Part shown: positions 40,667 to 52,664 of the stretch, piece by piece
How positions within the stretch are numbered: position 1 is the stretch's first letter
Layout of the letters: every line of letters begins with the position of its first letter
Assembly: GCA_040901675.1 (NCBI GenBank)
Contig: JBBDYJ010000013.1
Coordinates: 1 to 64,000, forward strand
Length of the DNA stretch: 64,000 bases
Reading direction: 5' to 3'
Source of the DNA: Pirellulales bacterium
GTDB taxonomy: Bacteria; Planctomycetota; Planctomycetia; Pirellulales; JAICIG01
Translations under genes and position numbers: made by a program
The notes under the pieces: model-generated
What the model saw: the letters and a program-made list of their open reading frames with translations, nothing else
Database searches by the model: none
Told to the model about the DNA's origin: nothing

Positions 40667-42520
40667 ATGTTCCACGAGCGAACATGGCTGAGGCGGCGCA
40701 AGCCGGCCAGACAATCCAGCGCCCAGGCTGGCGCGGGCCGCGGCTACCGCCCGCGCATCGAGCGACTCGAAGACCGGCTGCTGTTGTCGGTCAGCGCCGA
40801 GGAACAGCACTTCGTCTATCTGCTCAATCGGGCTCGTCACGACCCAGTGGCTTATCAACTCGAAGCCGGACTGTCGGTCGATCTTTCCGGCGTTGCGCCG
40901 CGGCCCCCACTGGCCGTGAACAACGACCTGTTCGACTCGGCCGAGTTCCATGCCACGGAGATGGCCACGTTCAACTATTTCGACCATCAGAGCCATGTCA
41001 CCGGCGACTGGCCCAACAAGATGGCGCGCGACCAGGGGTACGTGCTGCCCGCCTTCTGGTCCGATACGGCCAATTTCATCGAGTCGCTGGCGGCCGGCAC
41101 CTTTTATTCCAGCGCGGATCAGCCGCTCGATGCCTTGATCGTCGACCAGGGCATTTCGCCGCCCGGCCACCGCGAACACTTGCTGGGGATCACGAGCTTC
41201 GACGCCGAGAACCGCGAGATCGGCGTCGGGCATGCCTTCAACGCGGGCGCGACGTACCGCAACTATTGGGCAATCCATGCCACGCGGAGCGATCCGGCCG
41301 ATTCGTTCCTGACGGGCGTGGTATTCAACGACGCCAACGGCAACGGCCGCTACGACGTGAACGAGGGGTTGGGACAGGTGACCATCGTCGCCGGGCCTTA
41401 CGGCACGGTCACGAACGATGCGGGAGGCTGGTCGATTCGAGCGGCGGCCGGCACGTACACCGTGACCGCCTCGGGAGCTTCGTTCGCTGGCATCGCCAGC
41501 GCGGTGGCCACCGTGACCGGCAACGTCGAGGTCGACTTCATGTCCGGGCAGGCCCTGGGAATCGTGGACTTCGAAACTCTCTTGCCCGGTGCGCCCACCG
41601 CCAACGCGGACATGTATGTTCTCGGCGGGACGGGCTCGAACACGGCAGCCATAGCCGAGGGCCTGTTGACGAACGACACCGACGCCCAGGGCGATCCGCT
41701 GACCGCCGTGCTCGTGACCGCCCCGACGCGCGGCACGCTGTCGCTGGCTGCCGACGGCTCCTTCGCTTACACGCCCGGATCGACCTTCCGAGGGCTGGAC
41801 CGCTTCAGTTACCGGGCGCACGACGGCATAGCCGGAGGCAACGCCGCCTTGGTGACGATCGTTTCCTACGAGGCCAGCCTGGTCCGCAAGCTCTATCAGC
41901 AGGTGCTGGCCCGCGATCCGGAGGACTCGGGACTCGTATACTGGACAGGCCGCATCCTGGCCGGCGACGGGTACGGCCGCGTTGCCGAGGGAATCTTCGA
42001 GAGCAACGAGCGGCTGAATCCGATCATCGCCCAGTTCTATCGCGACTACCTGCTGCGGGAGCCCGACGCGGCCGGGTTGTCCTGGTGGCGCGACCAGGTC
42101 TGGAAGCGTGACGGCGGGCCCGAAAACGTGGTCGCCGGCATGATCGGCTCGGCCGAGTTCTTCCAGTCGGCGGGCGGCACCAGCGGCCTGTGGGTGGCCG
42201 AGCTGTATCGCAGGCTGTTGGGCCGCGAGCCGGAGCCCGCCGGCGCACAGTTCTGGGAAGACGAGCTGAATGACGGCCGCCGCACGCGCGAGCAGGTGGT
42301 GTTGGGCTTCGTGCAGAGCGACGAGAATTTTGCGAACCTGATCGCGGCCTGGCACCAGCAGTACCTGGGCCGATTGCCGTCGTCGAGCGAGCTGACGACG
42401 CTGGTCGGCCGGATGCGCGACGGCGCATCGCACCGTGCGATCCAGATCGGCCTCATCGACAGCGTCGAGTACCGCGGCACTCCAGCGCCTCCCCCTTCCG
42501 GCGCGGCCCGCCGGCTATAA
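40667..42520 (+). CDS. Exported planctomycete protein: CAP domain, Ig/cadherin-like repeat, DUF4214-like C-terminus
   Basis: RIERLEDRLLLS; LLNRAR...H...GHREHLL...EIGVG; LLTNDTDAQGDPL...DGSFAYTP; LYQQVLARDPE..GLVYW repeats. Confidence 0.82.
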   Translation: MFHERTWLRRRKPARQSSAQAGAGRGYRPRIERLEDRLLLSVSAEEQHFVYLLNRARHDPVAYQLEAGLSVDLSGVAPRPPLAVNNDLFDSAEFHATEMATFNYFDHQSHVTGDWPNKMARDQGYVLPAFWSDTANFIESLAAGTFYSSADQPLDALIVDQGISPPGHREHLLGITSFDAENREIGVGHAFNAGATYRNYWAIHATRSDPADSFLTGVVFNDANGNGRYDVNEGLGQVTIVAGPYGTVTNDAGGWSIRAAAGTYTVTASGASFAGIASAVATVTGNVEVDFMSGQALGIVDFETLLPGAPTANADMYVLGGTGSNTAAIAEGLLTNDTDAQGDPLTAVLVTAPTRGTLSLAADGSFAYTPGSTFRGLDRFSYRAHDGIAGGNAALVTIVSYEASLVRKLYQQVLARDPEDSGLVYWTGRILAGDGYGRVAEGIFESNERLNPIIAQFYRDYLLREPDAAGLSWWRDQVWKRDGGPENVVAGMIGSAEFFQSAGGTSGLWVAELYRRLLGREPEPAGAQFWEDELNDGRRTREQVVLGFVQSDENFANLIAAWHQQYLGRLPSSSELTTLVGRMRDGASHRAIQIGLIDSVEYRGTPAPPPSGAARRL

Positions 42521-42538
42521 GCGATCGGCCGAAAAACA

Positions 42539-42644
42539 CTTCCTCAGGTCGCACTGGGGCACGCTTATCGCTTTGCCCCAGCCACCCAGCTCGCTCGAAT
42601 CTATCCGAAGTTATTTTTCGGTCGTTCCCGAGCGTGCCCCAGTC
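42539..42644. repeat. CTGGGGCAC-family copy plus partial inverted copy
   Basis: ACTGGGGCACGCTTATCGCTTTGCCCCAGCCACCC at 42553-42587; AGCGTGCCCCAGTC at 42631-42644. Confidence 0.85.
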
Positions 42645-42696
42645 TCGCCCCTTGATCATTGGCGGCTTTACGCTGCAAGGCTGCAAACGAGTGCGC

Positions 42697-42733
42697 AAAA
42701 AAGCCCCCGCCTGGTCTTGGACCGGGCGGGGGC
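42697..42733 (-). terminator. Intrinsic terminator of the rRNA transcript
   Basis: 14-bp GC stem with one mismatch, followed by T6 on the minus strand, just after 5S. Confidence 0.85.
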
Positions 42734-42743
42734 GTGGAAAAAA

Positions 42744-42851
42744 TCCGGCAACACCTACTCTCGCACTTTTGGTACTACCATCGGCTCTGAAAGCTTAACT
42801 GCCGTGTTCGGAATGGGAACGGGTGTGGCCTTTCAGATATGGTCACCGGAA
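42744..42851 (-). rRNA. rrf: 5S rRNA
   Basis: Reverse complement contains CCCGTTCCCATTCCGAACAC, GATGGTAGT, GAGAGTAGGT; about 108 nt. Confidence 0.95.
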
Positions 42852-42997
42852 AGGCGCCGGGCGGGCGTTGGTTAAAACCCGCACGGCGGTGGTTGACAGC
42901 AAGGTGGCATCCAGGCACATTCGCACCCCACTCCGCCTTGGCGCGATGGCTGGCCGGGTGGCCGGGCCAGCGCGCAGGGAGAGCGTTGGATTAATGT

Positions 42998-45929
<2,932 letters not shown>

Positions 45930-46318
45930 ACATTAATCTAAAGCTCTCCCCCCCAACCCGGAAAACCGCCTCTCGCGAGACGCCCCCCAGGCAAGGGTTC
46001 TTTCTTCAGAGTGGTCGCCACTACGATCACCGCCCCAGCCGCCCGCCGTGAAGCGGACCAGCCAAAGCCGGCGATCGAGTAACGTTTTTTGATCCTCGGT
46101 TCTCGCCTGACGCGCCAAAGCCGAAAGTGCGGGAAGCGATGCTCCCCAACCCCCGTCTTCGACAGCCAGGCCGACCGTGTACTAAGTGCCGTGAGAACCA
46201 ACCGCCAGCCCTTGCGCGCCCAGGCCCGGAGAGTGCCCCACGAGGGAGACGCACCGAGTCGGGACACCCGCAGACCAAACGGCTGCTTCTATCAGATGCC
46301 ACTCTTGCTACAACCAAA

Positions 46319-46330
46319 TTGTCAAAGATC
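46319..46330 (-). promoter_or_regulatory. boxA-like antitermination element
   Basis: GATCTTTGACAA on the minus strand in the 23S leader. Confidence 0.6.
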
Positions 46331-46578
46331 GTTCAGCCCGACAGTCGGGCCTTCCGGCCCTCAGGGCCGGCCGCCGGGTAGGCAGAGGTCGAGTTCGCCG
46401 CAACCGTACCCGAAACCCTTACTACGGATCTCGCCACGGGTTGGTTCGCCGAACGCGTCCTCCGCTCACCCCCCTCAAGAGCTATTCTTCCGCCCCCACC
46501 TTCCGGCCAGCTCCGCGTGCCGCTTGCCTCGTTCGAGGCTGGCCTTGCCTTTTCGCCGCCCCGGGGGCGAAAAGTCCA

Positions 46579-46607
46579 AATATAGGGTTCGTGCCCCTGC
46601 TAGTAAA
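46579..46607 (-). promoter_or_regulatory. Putative sigma70 promoter for 23S-5S
   Basis: TTTACT-17-TATATT with an A-tract upstream. Confidence 0.6.
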
Positions 46608-46898
46608 GCCTTGCCTCCGCTTTTTTCCTGTCGCGGTCCTCGATGGGGACCCTTGGACGGCGCCGGAGGGTCCGCACCAGCCCGCCCATGGACTTTCGGA
46701 GAACGCCTCCCGGTGGAGAAAGGTGCTTCGGGTCTTGCCCGGATCCACCAAACCCCGGCTGGCTAAACGAGCCGATCGTGCCGGGCAGGAAACGTCAAAC
46801 GAAATAATATCGCTCTGCAGTATCGGGACAAGGCCTCCTGGGACCGCTATCGATGAATCTTCGGTTTCCTTTCCTGGCCCAGTTTCTACCAGGAGCAA

Positions 46899-46976
<78 letters not shown>

Positions 46977-47119
46977 ACAGAGGTCGGAGGTCAGAAGTCA
47001 GGGGTCGGAGGTCAGAAGGCACGTGCCAAGGGCCAGGGGATGTCCGCCTGCGGCGAACTTCCTCCTTTTGCCTTCCGTCCTCCCCTGCCCCGCTCCCCTC
47101 TTCCCCCCTTCCTCAACAG

Positions 47120-47193
47120 TGGGCGCACCAAGATTCGAACTTGGGACCTCGGCCTTATCAGGGCCGCGCTCTAACCAACTGAGCTATGCGCCC
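47120..47193 (-). tRNA. tRNA-Ile(GAT)
   Basis: GGGCGCATAGCTCAGTTGGTTAGAGCGCGGCCCTGATAAGGCCG...GTTCGAATCTTGGTGCGCCCA. Confidence 0.97.
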
Positions 47194-47275
47194 GCCGCCG
47201 GCCGCTCGGAGCAGCGGGCCGCCTTGGGCAGTCCAACATAATCATTTCGGCGATGCAAGCCTCGCGGAGCAAGGC

Positions 47276-47303
47276 ATTTTATGGCCCCCCCGCCAGGTGT
47301 CAA
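47276..47303 (-). promoter_or_regulatory. Sigma70 promoter for tRNA-Ile/tRNA-Ala
   Basis: TTGACA-16-TAAAAT, the spacing typical of stable-RNA promoters. Confidence 0.75.
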
Positions 47304-47488
47304 ACGACGCGTGCGGCACGGCAGCCGGGCCCAAATCGCCGCACCAGCCAGTCAAACCGCAGCCCAGCCTGCGGGCGAGCGCTGTCAAGATGGGCAAACG
47401 CACGGCCATTCGGGTATGGGCCGGTTTGCTGGCAAAGCTGTATTCAAGATTCAAGAATCTGGCCCAGGAGCCCAGGCGAGATTGCCGG

Positions 47489-48268
47489 CTATTCGAGCAA
47501 ACGCCGCGCGTTCTCGTGGCGGATGGCACGGACCACGCCTGCGGGCAACGCTGTTTCGCGGAGCTTGAGCTGGGCCGACTCGAGGTAGAAGAGCGGGAAG
47601 TGCGAGCCGAACAAGACCCGATCCTGCCCCACTTGCTGAACCAGCGAGGCCATGCGGTCCACGCCTTCGAGGGTGGCGATATCGAAATAGACCCGCCCCG
47701 CGGCCGCCAGCCGCGATGCGTCGTCGAGCGACATGGTGCGGAAAGCGTTGAGCAGAACAAGCCGCAGCACGGGGAGCTGCCGCACGAGCTCGATGAGCGG
47801 GCCAAGATCCACCGCCGGCACGCGGAATACGGGATGCTGCGTTCGCTCGTCTTCCATCGTCACTACCAGTTGCACCACCAGCCCGCGCTGGGCGGCCTGC
47901 GCCAGCAGGCTGGCAAAACGGGCGTCGTCGAGACGGTAGCCGTGGAAGCCCGGGTGCAAACGAATTCCAGCGGAGCCGTGCTCCTCGTGACAGCGGCGCA
48001 GGTCGTCCTCCCAGTCAGGCAGGGCCGGGTTCACCGTGCCAAAGGCCAGCAGACGGTCGTTTGCCGCGGCACGGCATTCCTCGGCCAACCGCAAGTTGAC
48101 CCCAGCGACGTCACGCTGAAAGAGCCCCTCCAGCGCCCCGACCCAGGCCTGGCTGATCGCGGCCTCTTCGAGCCGCCCGGCCAGCGCCTGGGCCGCGTCG
48201 CCAGGGAGGCGACGAAACGGCCAGCGGCCGATGTAAACGTTCGCGTCGATCGTCGATTGGTCTGCCAT
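47489..48268 (-). CDS. Amidohydrolase-2 family protein (degenerate HxH site)
   Basis: IDANVYIG, GIRLHPGFHGY, RVLFGSHFP, ENARRL. Confidence 0.8.
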   Translation of the reverse strand: MADQSTIDANVYIGRWPFRRLPGDAAQALAGRLEEAAISQAWVGALEGLFQRDVAGVNLRLAEECRAAANDRLLAFGTVNPALPDWEDDLRRCHEEHGSAGIRLHPGFHGYRLDDARFASLLAQAAQRGLVVQLVVTMEDERTQHPVFRVPAVDLGPLIELVRQLPVLRLVLLNAFRTMSLDDASRLAAAGRVYFDIATLEGVDRMASLVQQVGQDRVLFGSHFPLFYLESAQLKLRETALPAGVVRAIRHENARRLLE

Positions 48269-48290
48269 GAGTCGTAAAAGCCGTCAGGCG

Positions 48291-49094
48291 CTACTCGATC
48301 GGGACGCCCTTGGCTTCCATGATGGGCCGCAACAACCGCCGCAGGTTCTCGCCGAGCACAAGCCGCCGGTCGGCCTCCGATACGTCGGCTCCGAGCACTT
48401 TGGCCAACTGCGAGCCGAAGCTGCGGCCGGGCGCATCGCTGCCGTACAGGATGCGCCGGGGGCCCAGCTCGCGCACGGCCATCTCCAGAAAGCCGGTCGT
48501 GGGGTCGAAGCCGGCCGTCTCCACCGCGATGTTGGGAGTGCCGCGGACCGCGCGGATGCCAAGCTCCCACGTGCCGCCGGCATGGCCGCACACAAAGTTG
48601 GCCTGAGGATGCCGCCGCGCCAGGGCCGCCAGGTCCAACGGCGTCGATTCGCCGGCGAACTGCGTGCCGTCGGTCTTGAACCAGGTGTGCTGAAAGATCA
48701 AGGCCCGCAACTCGGCGGCGCGCTCGGCGATGGCGTCGAGGGCCGCCGCGCTGGCTTTGCCGGCAACCCAGAGCTTGATTCCGACCATGGGGCCGCCGGC
48801 GATGCAGCGGTTGATCTCGCCGAGGCTCGCCTCGACGTGCTCGCCGCTCACGTAGCAGAAGCCGACCGCCCGGTCGTGGTAGTGGGCCAGCGCGGCCAGC
48901 ACCTCGTCGTTCTGCCGCACGAGCTCATCGGGCGTTGGCCGCTGCGACAAGCTCATGCCCATGTAGACGCAGATCCGCTCGATCCCCAAGCGGTCGGCAT
49001 AGCGCAACAGGGCCGTCATCCGCTCCTCGGGAGTGCGCCCCGGCACGCCCGACAAGTGGCAGTGCAAGTCCCAGATTCTCAAGGGTCCGGCCAT
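48291..49094 (-). CDS. Amidohydrolase-2 family protein
   Basis: WDLHCH, GIKLW, IFQH, CGHAG, ILYGSD. Confidence 0.85.
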   Translation of the reverse strand: MAGPLRIWDLHCHLSGVPGRTPEERMTALLRYADRLGIERICVYMGMSLSQRPTPDELVRQNDEVLAALAHYHDRAVGFCYVSGEHVEASLGEINRCIAGGPMVGIKLWVAGKASAAALDAIAERAAELRALIFQHTWFKTDGTQFAGESTPLDLAALARRHPQANFVCGHAGGTWELGIRAVRGTPNIAVETAGFDPTTGFLEMAVRELGPRRILYGSDAPGRSFGSQLAKVLGADVSEADRRLVLGENLRRLLRPIMEAKGVPIE

Positions 49095-49095
49095 G

Positions 49096-52000
49096 TCAGG
49101 CGCGCCGCAGAAGAAATGTCAACAGGTCGGCCATGTCTTGAACAGTCAGCTCCTTCTCGGCCCCCTCGGGCATGATCGACTTGCCGGTGGACGACAGCGC
49201 GTCGATGTCGCGGCGGAGCACCGTCTCCTCGATCCCTTCGGCTCGCCGCAACGTGATGCTGCCGGGCGTCTCGGCCGCGACAATTCCCGTGGTTACGCGG
49301 CCGTCGGTCAGGACGACAACATATTCCAGGTAGTTGGGCGCCACCTCGCGGTTCGGATCGAGCACGTGCAACAACACCTCGTCCGCGGAACGGCGGTGGA
49401 TGGTTTCCAGCGGTGGCCCGACGTCGTGACCCTGGCCGCGCAGTCGATGGCAGTTCCGGCAGGCGCGCCGGTAGACCTGCCCGCCGCGCTCGTAGTCCGC
49501 CGCCAGCTCCAGCGCCTGGCGGTACTGCCGCACCACGTCTTGCCGCGAGCCGAGCACCCCGCTGAACAGGGCCAAGGCCCGCTCGCGGACCAGCGGGTCG
49601 CCGCTGCGCATCAGCAGACCTCGCCGGGCGTGCGGGATGTCGGCCGGCGGCAACGTGCGATCCTCCAGGGCGTCGAGCACCGCCCCGCCCCACTGGCTCC
49701 GCGAGAGTAACCGCTCGACAACCTCGGCGCGGACCACTGGCGTCAGTCCGCGATAGGCGGCCAGCAGCACTCCAGGCACTTCAGGGCGCACGTGCCGCGT
49801 CAGCGCCTGCACCGCCGCGAGCTGGACCTCGCCCGGTTGGCGGGGATCCAGCAGGCGGGTCGCGGCGTGCCGCACATCTTCGAACGGCCCCTGGCCGATC
49901 AGCGCGATGGCCTGCACGCGCTCGGCCGCCACAGCCGACTCGTCAACTGCCAGCAGCGCGGCCTCGCGCACCAGGCCGGCGATCCACCCGGCGGCTGCCG
50001 GCTCCACGTGGCCCGCCCGGTCGGACAACGGCGTGCCGTGCCGCGCCAGCCCCTCACTGAGCCCCAGCACCACTTCCCGCCGTGCCAGCGGCACCCAATC
50101 CGGTGCCGGCGGGTCGCCAGGCGCGACCGCCACCAGAACTCGGCTCAGCTCCTCCGCCTGGTTGCGGGCGCCGACGAAAAAGGCCAGCGATCGCAGCAGC
50201 GGCATCGTGGCGGCCTCCTGCCGGCCGCGGTCCAACAGCGACGTCAACAGGTCGGCTGCGATTCGGTCCGGCGAGCTGAGCACTGCCGTGCGCAGCCAGT
50301 GATCGCCGCCGTCGCGCCAGGCGATTTCGGCAATGGCGGCCGTGGCCCGGTTGTCGCCCAGCTCGCCCAAAGTCAACGCCACCTGGCCGCGGACCCGGAT
50401 GTCCCGGTCCCCGGCCAGGGTAAGGACCTTGTCGCGCAGCAACGAGGAGCTCGCCAAGAGCGGTTCCGCCAGGCGCACCGCGTGCTCGCGCACGCCGCCG
50501 GCCGGATCAGCCAGCGCGGCGGCCAGATCGCGCTCGTCCAGCATGCCGAGCCCTTCGAGCGACCAGAGCGCGTGCAGCCGGCCGAGAGCCGCGACGTCGG
50601 CTCCGTTTTCCGCCGCGGATGACCGTTTGCGCAGCAACTCGCGCAGCAGCGGCGCGGCCGAAGCATCCTGGCGTTCGTACAGCAACCGCTGGGCCGTCTC
50701 GCGCCACCAGGCGCTGGGGTTTTCGAGGCAGGCCACGAGCTCGGCGATGTCCGCCTGGCCCAAACGCGGCGGCGGGGGCGGCTGGAAGCCAGGCGGCGTC
50801 AAGCGGTAGATCCGCCCCCGGTCGCGGCCGCTCTCCAGGTCGAGCCGCGCCCTGATGTCGTCGGGGATCGACCAGGGGTGCTCGATCGTCTCGCGGTACA
50901 TGTCCAGCACGTGGAGCGTTCCGTCGGGAGCGTTGACGAAGTTGACCGGCCTGAACCAGTTGTCGGTCGACGTGACGAACTCGGTCCCCTCGTCAGCACG
51001 CGCGGCGCGGAATGTCAGGCCGTCTGCCGTGAGCCGCTGGCGGTGGACCAGGTTGCCAGCCACCTCACCCACAAACGCCTGGCCACGGTATTGCCGCGGG
51101 TAGGCCGCCCCGCGGTAAATCGTGATGCCGCAGGCCGAGGTGACGTAGCCGGTCGGCGACGATTCGCTGCGCGGCGACGCGCTGGCCAGGTCGGCGGCCA
51201 GCCGGTGTGCGTTGATGACGCGCCACGGCTCGGGCGGGCTGGCGCGGAAGATGGGCAGCGTGTCGCCGGCGTCGGCCGCGTCGAACAAGGGCGAGGCGAT
51301 GCTCAACAGCGGGTTGCGTGCCAGGTAGCGGTCTTCGATCACCGCATGCCGGACCGGGTTGCGGATGTTCGAGATGAAGCGGTTGCCCCAATCGTCGAAG
51401 GCGTTGCCGAAGCGGGCGCCGCCGGAAATCAGCTCGAACTGTTCGGTTCGCGGATCGAAACGGAAGTCGTGGGCGGCCATGCGGACCGGCGAGCCCTGGC
51501 CGTCGGCCACGCGGCGGATCTCGCCCCCATTGGTGCCCCCGGCGCCATATAGGCGATGGTCGAGGCCCCAGCGGAGGTTGTTCATCACGGCCTGGACGTT
51601 GAACTTGTGAAAACCGGTGAATACCTTGCGCCGCTCATCGGCCCGGCCGTCGCCGTCAGTGTCGCGCAGGTACCAGATGTCCGGCGTGGCGGCCACGTAG
51701 ACGCCTCCTTGCCACAGGGCGAGTCCGGTCGGCCAGGAGAGCCCGTCGGCGAAGATCGTGCTGGCATCGAAGACGCCGTCGCCGTCCTTATCCTCGAGCA
51801 GTCGCAGGCGGCCCAGGGGCAGGTCGGTCGTGCGCTCGACGAAAGGGCGGTCGGTCGACTTGTCGGTGTACGGGTAGTCGCTCATCTCGACGACCCAGGC
51901 CCGGCCGTTCTCGTCGTATTCCATGGCCACCGGATCGGTGACCAGCGGCTCGGCCGCCAAGAGGTCCATGCGGAAGCCGTCCCGCGTCTGGAACGCGGCC

Positions 52001-52206
52001 AGCGCGTCGGCCGGTTCCTTGGGCGCAATCCGCAGGCAGGCTGGACGGCTCTGGGCGGGTGGCGAAGGCGGCCCGTCGCTTTGGTCGGGGGATCCGCCGG
52101 CCGGCTGATCTTGCGGAGCATCCGCGGCGGGACAGGGTACCAACAGCGATAGCGCAAGAGCCGCGCCGACCAAACATCTGAGCGAGCTCGTTTGGCGGAG
52201 CGGCAT
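49096..52206 (-). CDS. PVC-type membrane-bound dehydrogenase-like haem c protein
   Basis: LLAAEPLVTDPVAM, DKDGDG, FDDWG, WFRPV, HEAT-like repeats, CRNCH...GPPL...SIMPEG. Confidence 0.9.
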   Translation of the reverse strand: MPLRQTSSLRCLVGAALALSLLVPCPAADAPQDQPAGGSPDQSDGPPSPPAQSRPACLRIAPKEPADALAAFQTRDGFRMDLLAAEPLVTDPVAMEYDENGRAWVVEMSDYPYTDKSTDRPFVERTTDLPLGRLRLLEDKDGDGVFDASTIFADGLSWPTGLALWQGGVYVAATPDIWYLRDTDGDGRADERRKVFTGFHKFNVQAVMNNLRWGLDHRLYGAGGTNGGEIRRVADGQGSPVRMAAHDFRFDPRTEQFELISGGARFGNAFDDWGNRFISNIRNPVRHAVIEDRYLARNPLLSIASPLFDAADAGDTLPIFRASPPEPWRVINAHRLAADLASASPRSESSPTGYVTSACGITIYRGAAYPRQYRGQAFVGEVAGNLVHRQRLTADGLTFRAARADEGTEFVTSTDNWFRPVNFVNAPDGTLHVLDMYRETIEHPWSIPDDIRARLDLESGRDRGRIYRLTPPGFQPPPPPRLGQADIAELVACLENPSAWWRETAQRLLYERQDASAAPLLRELLRKRSSAAENGADVAALGRLHALWSLEGLGMLDERDLAAALADPAGGVREHAVRLAEPLLASSSLLRDKVLTLAGDRDIRVRGQVALTLGELGDNRATAAIAEIAWRDGGDHWLRTAVLSSPDRIAADLLTSLLDRGRQEAATMPLLRSLAFFVGARNQAEELSRVLVAVAPGDPPAPDWVPLARREVVLGLSEGLARHGTPLSDRAGHVEPAAAGWIAGLVREAALLAVDESAVAAERVQAIALIGQGPFEDVRHAATRLLDPRQPGEVQLAAVQALTRHVRPEVPGVLLAAYRGLTPVVRAEVVERLLSRSQWGGAVLDALEDRTLPPADIPHARRGLLMRSGDPLVRERALALFSGVLGSRQDVVRQYRQALELAADYERGGQVYRRACRNCHRLRGQGHDVGPPLETIHRRSADEVLLHVLDPNREVAPNYLEYVVVLTDGRVTTGIVAAETPGSITLRRAEGIEETVLRRDIDALSSTGKSIMPEGAEKELTVQDMADLLTFLLRRA

Positions 52207-52664
52207 AGGCGCGCCTTTCGGGCGATTCGCAGCGTTGGGCCGGCGGCAAGCCATTCCGGCAGAAGGGGCAAAACGATTCTGACCCCCCGCCGCGGCTGCG
52301 TCAAACGACCGGGCGGACCGCAGAAGCTTGGACGCTACGGAGGAACCACCAAGAACTCTAAGGACACGAAGACGAAGGAGAGGATTGCCACAAAAACGGG
52401 AAGAGACACAAGAAGAAGAGGGAAGCTTCCAGATGGACGACGGACGAGGAGGAGCTCTCGCCAAGGCACCAAGGCGAGAAGACGATCCCTGGGGTTGCTC
52501 GCTTCGTACAATGCGGTGGTGCTCTCAACTGCCCGACGCTACAAACGGAAAACCTTCCGCGATCCGTTCATGTTGCCCCGCCCGCCAGGCCGAAAAACAT
52601 GCAGCGGCCGGACTTCCCGCGGGGCGGCCAGGCAGCCTGGGTAAATAAGGAAAGGAATCGTTCG

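Noticed and set aside
45930..46898. 16S remnant, coding gene or known ncRNA in the long spacer
   Set aside because: No 16S signature or protein motif recognised; reads as promoter plus structured leader
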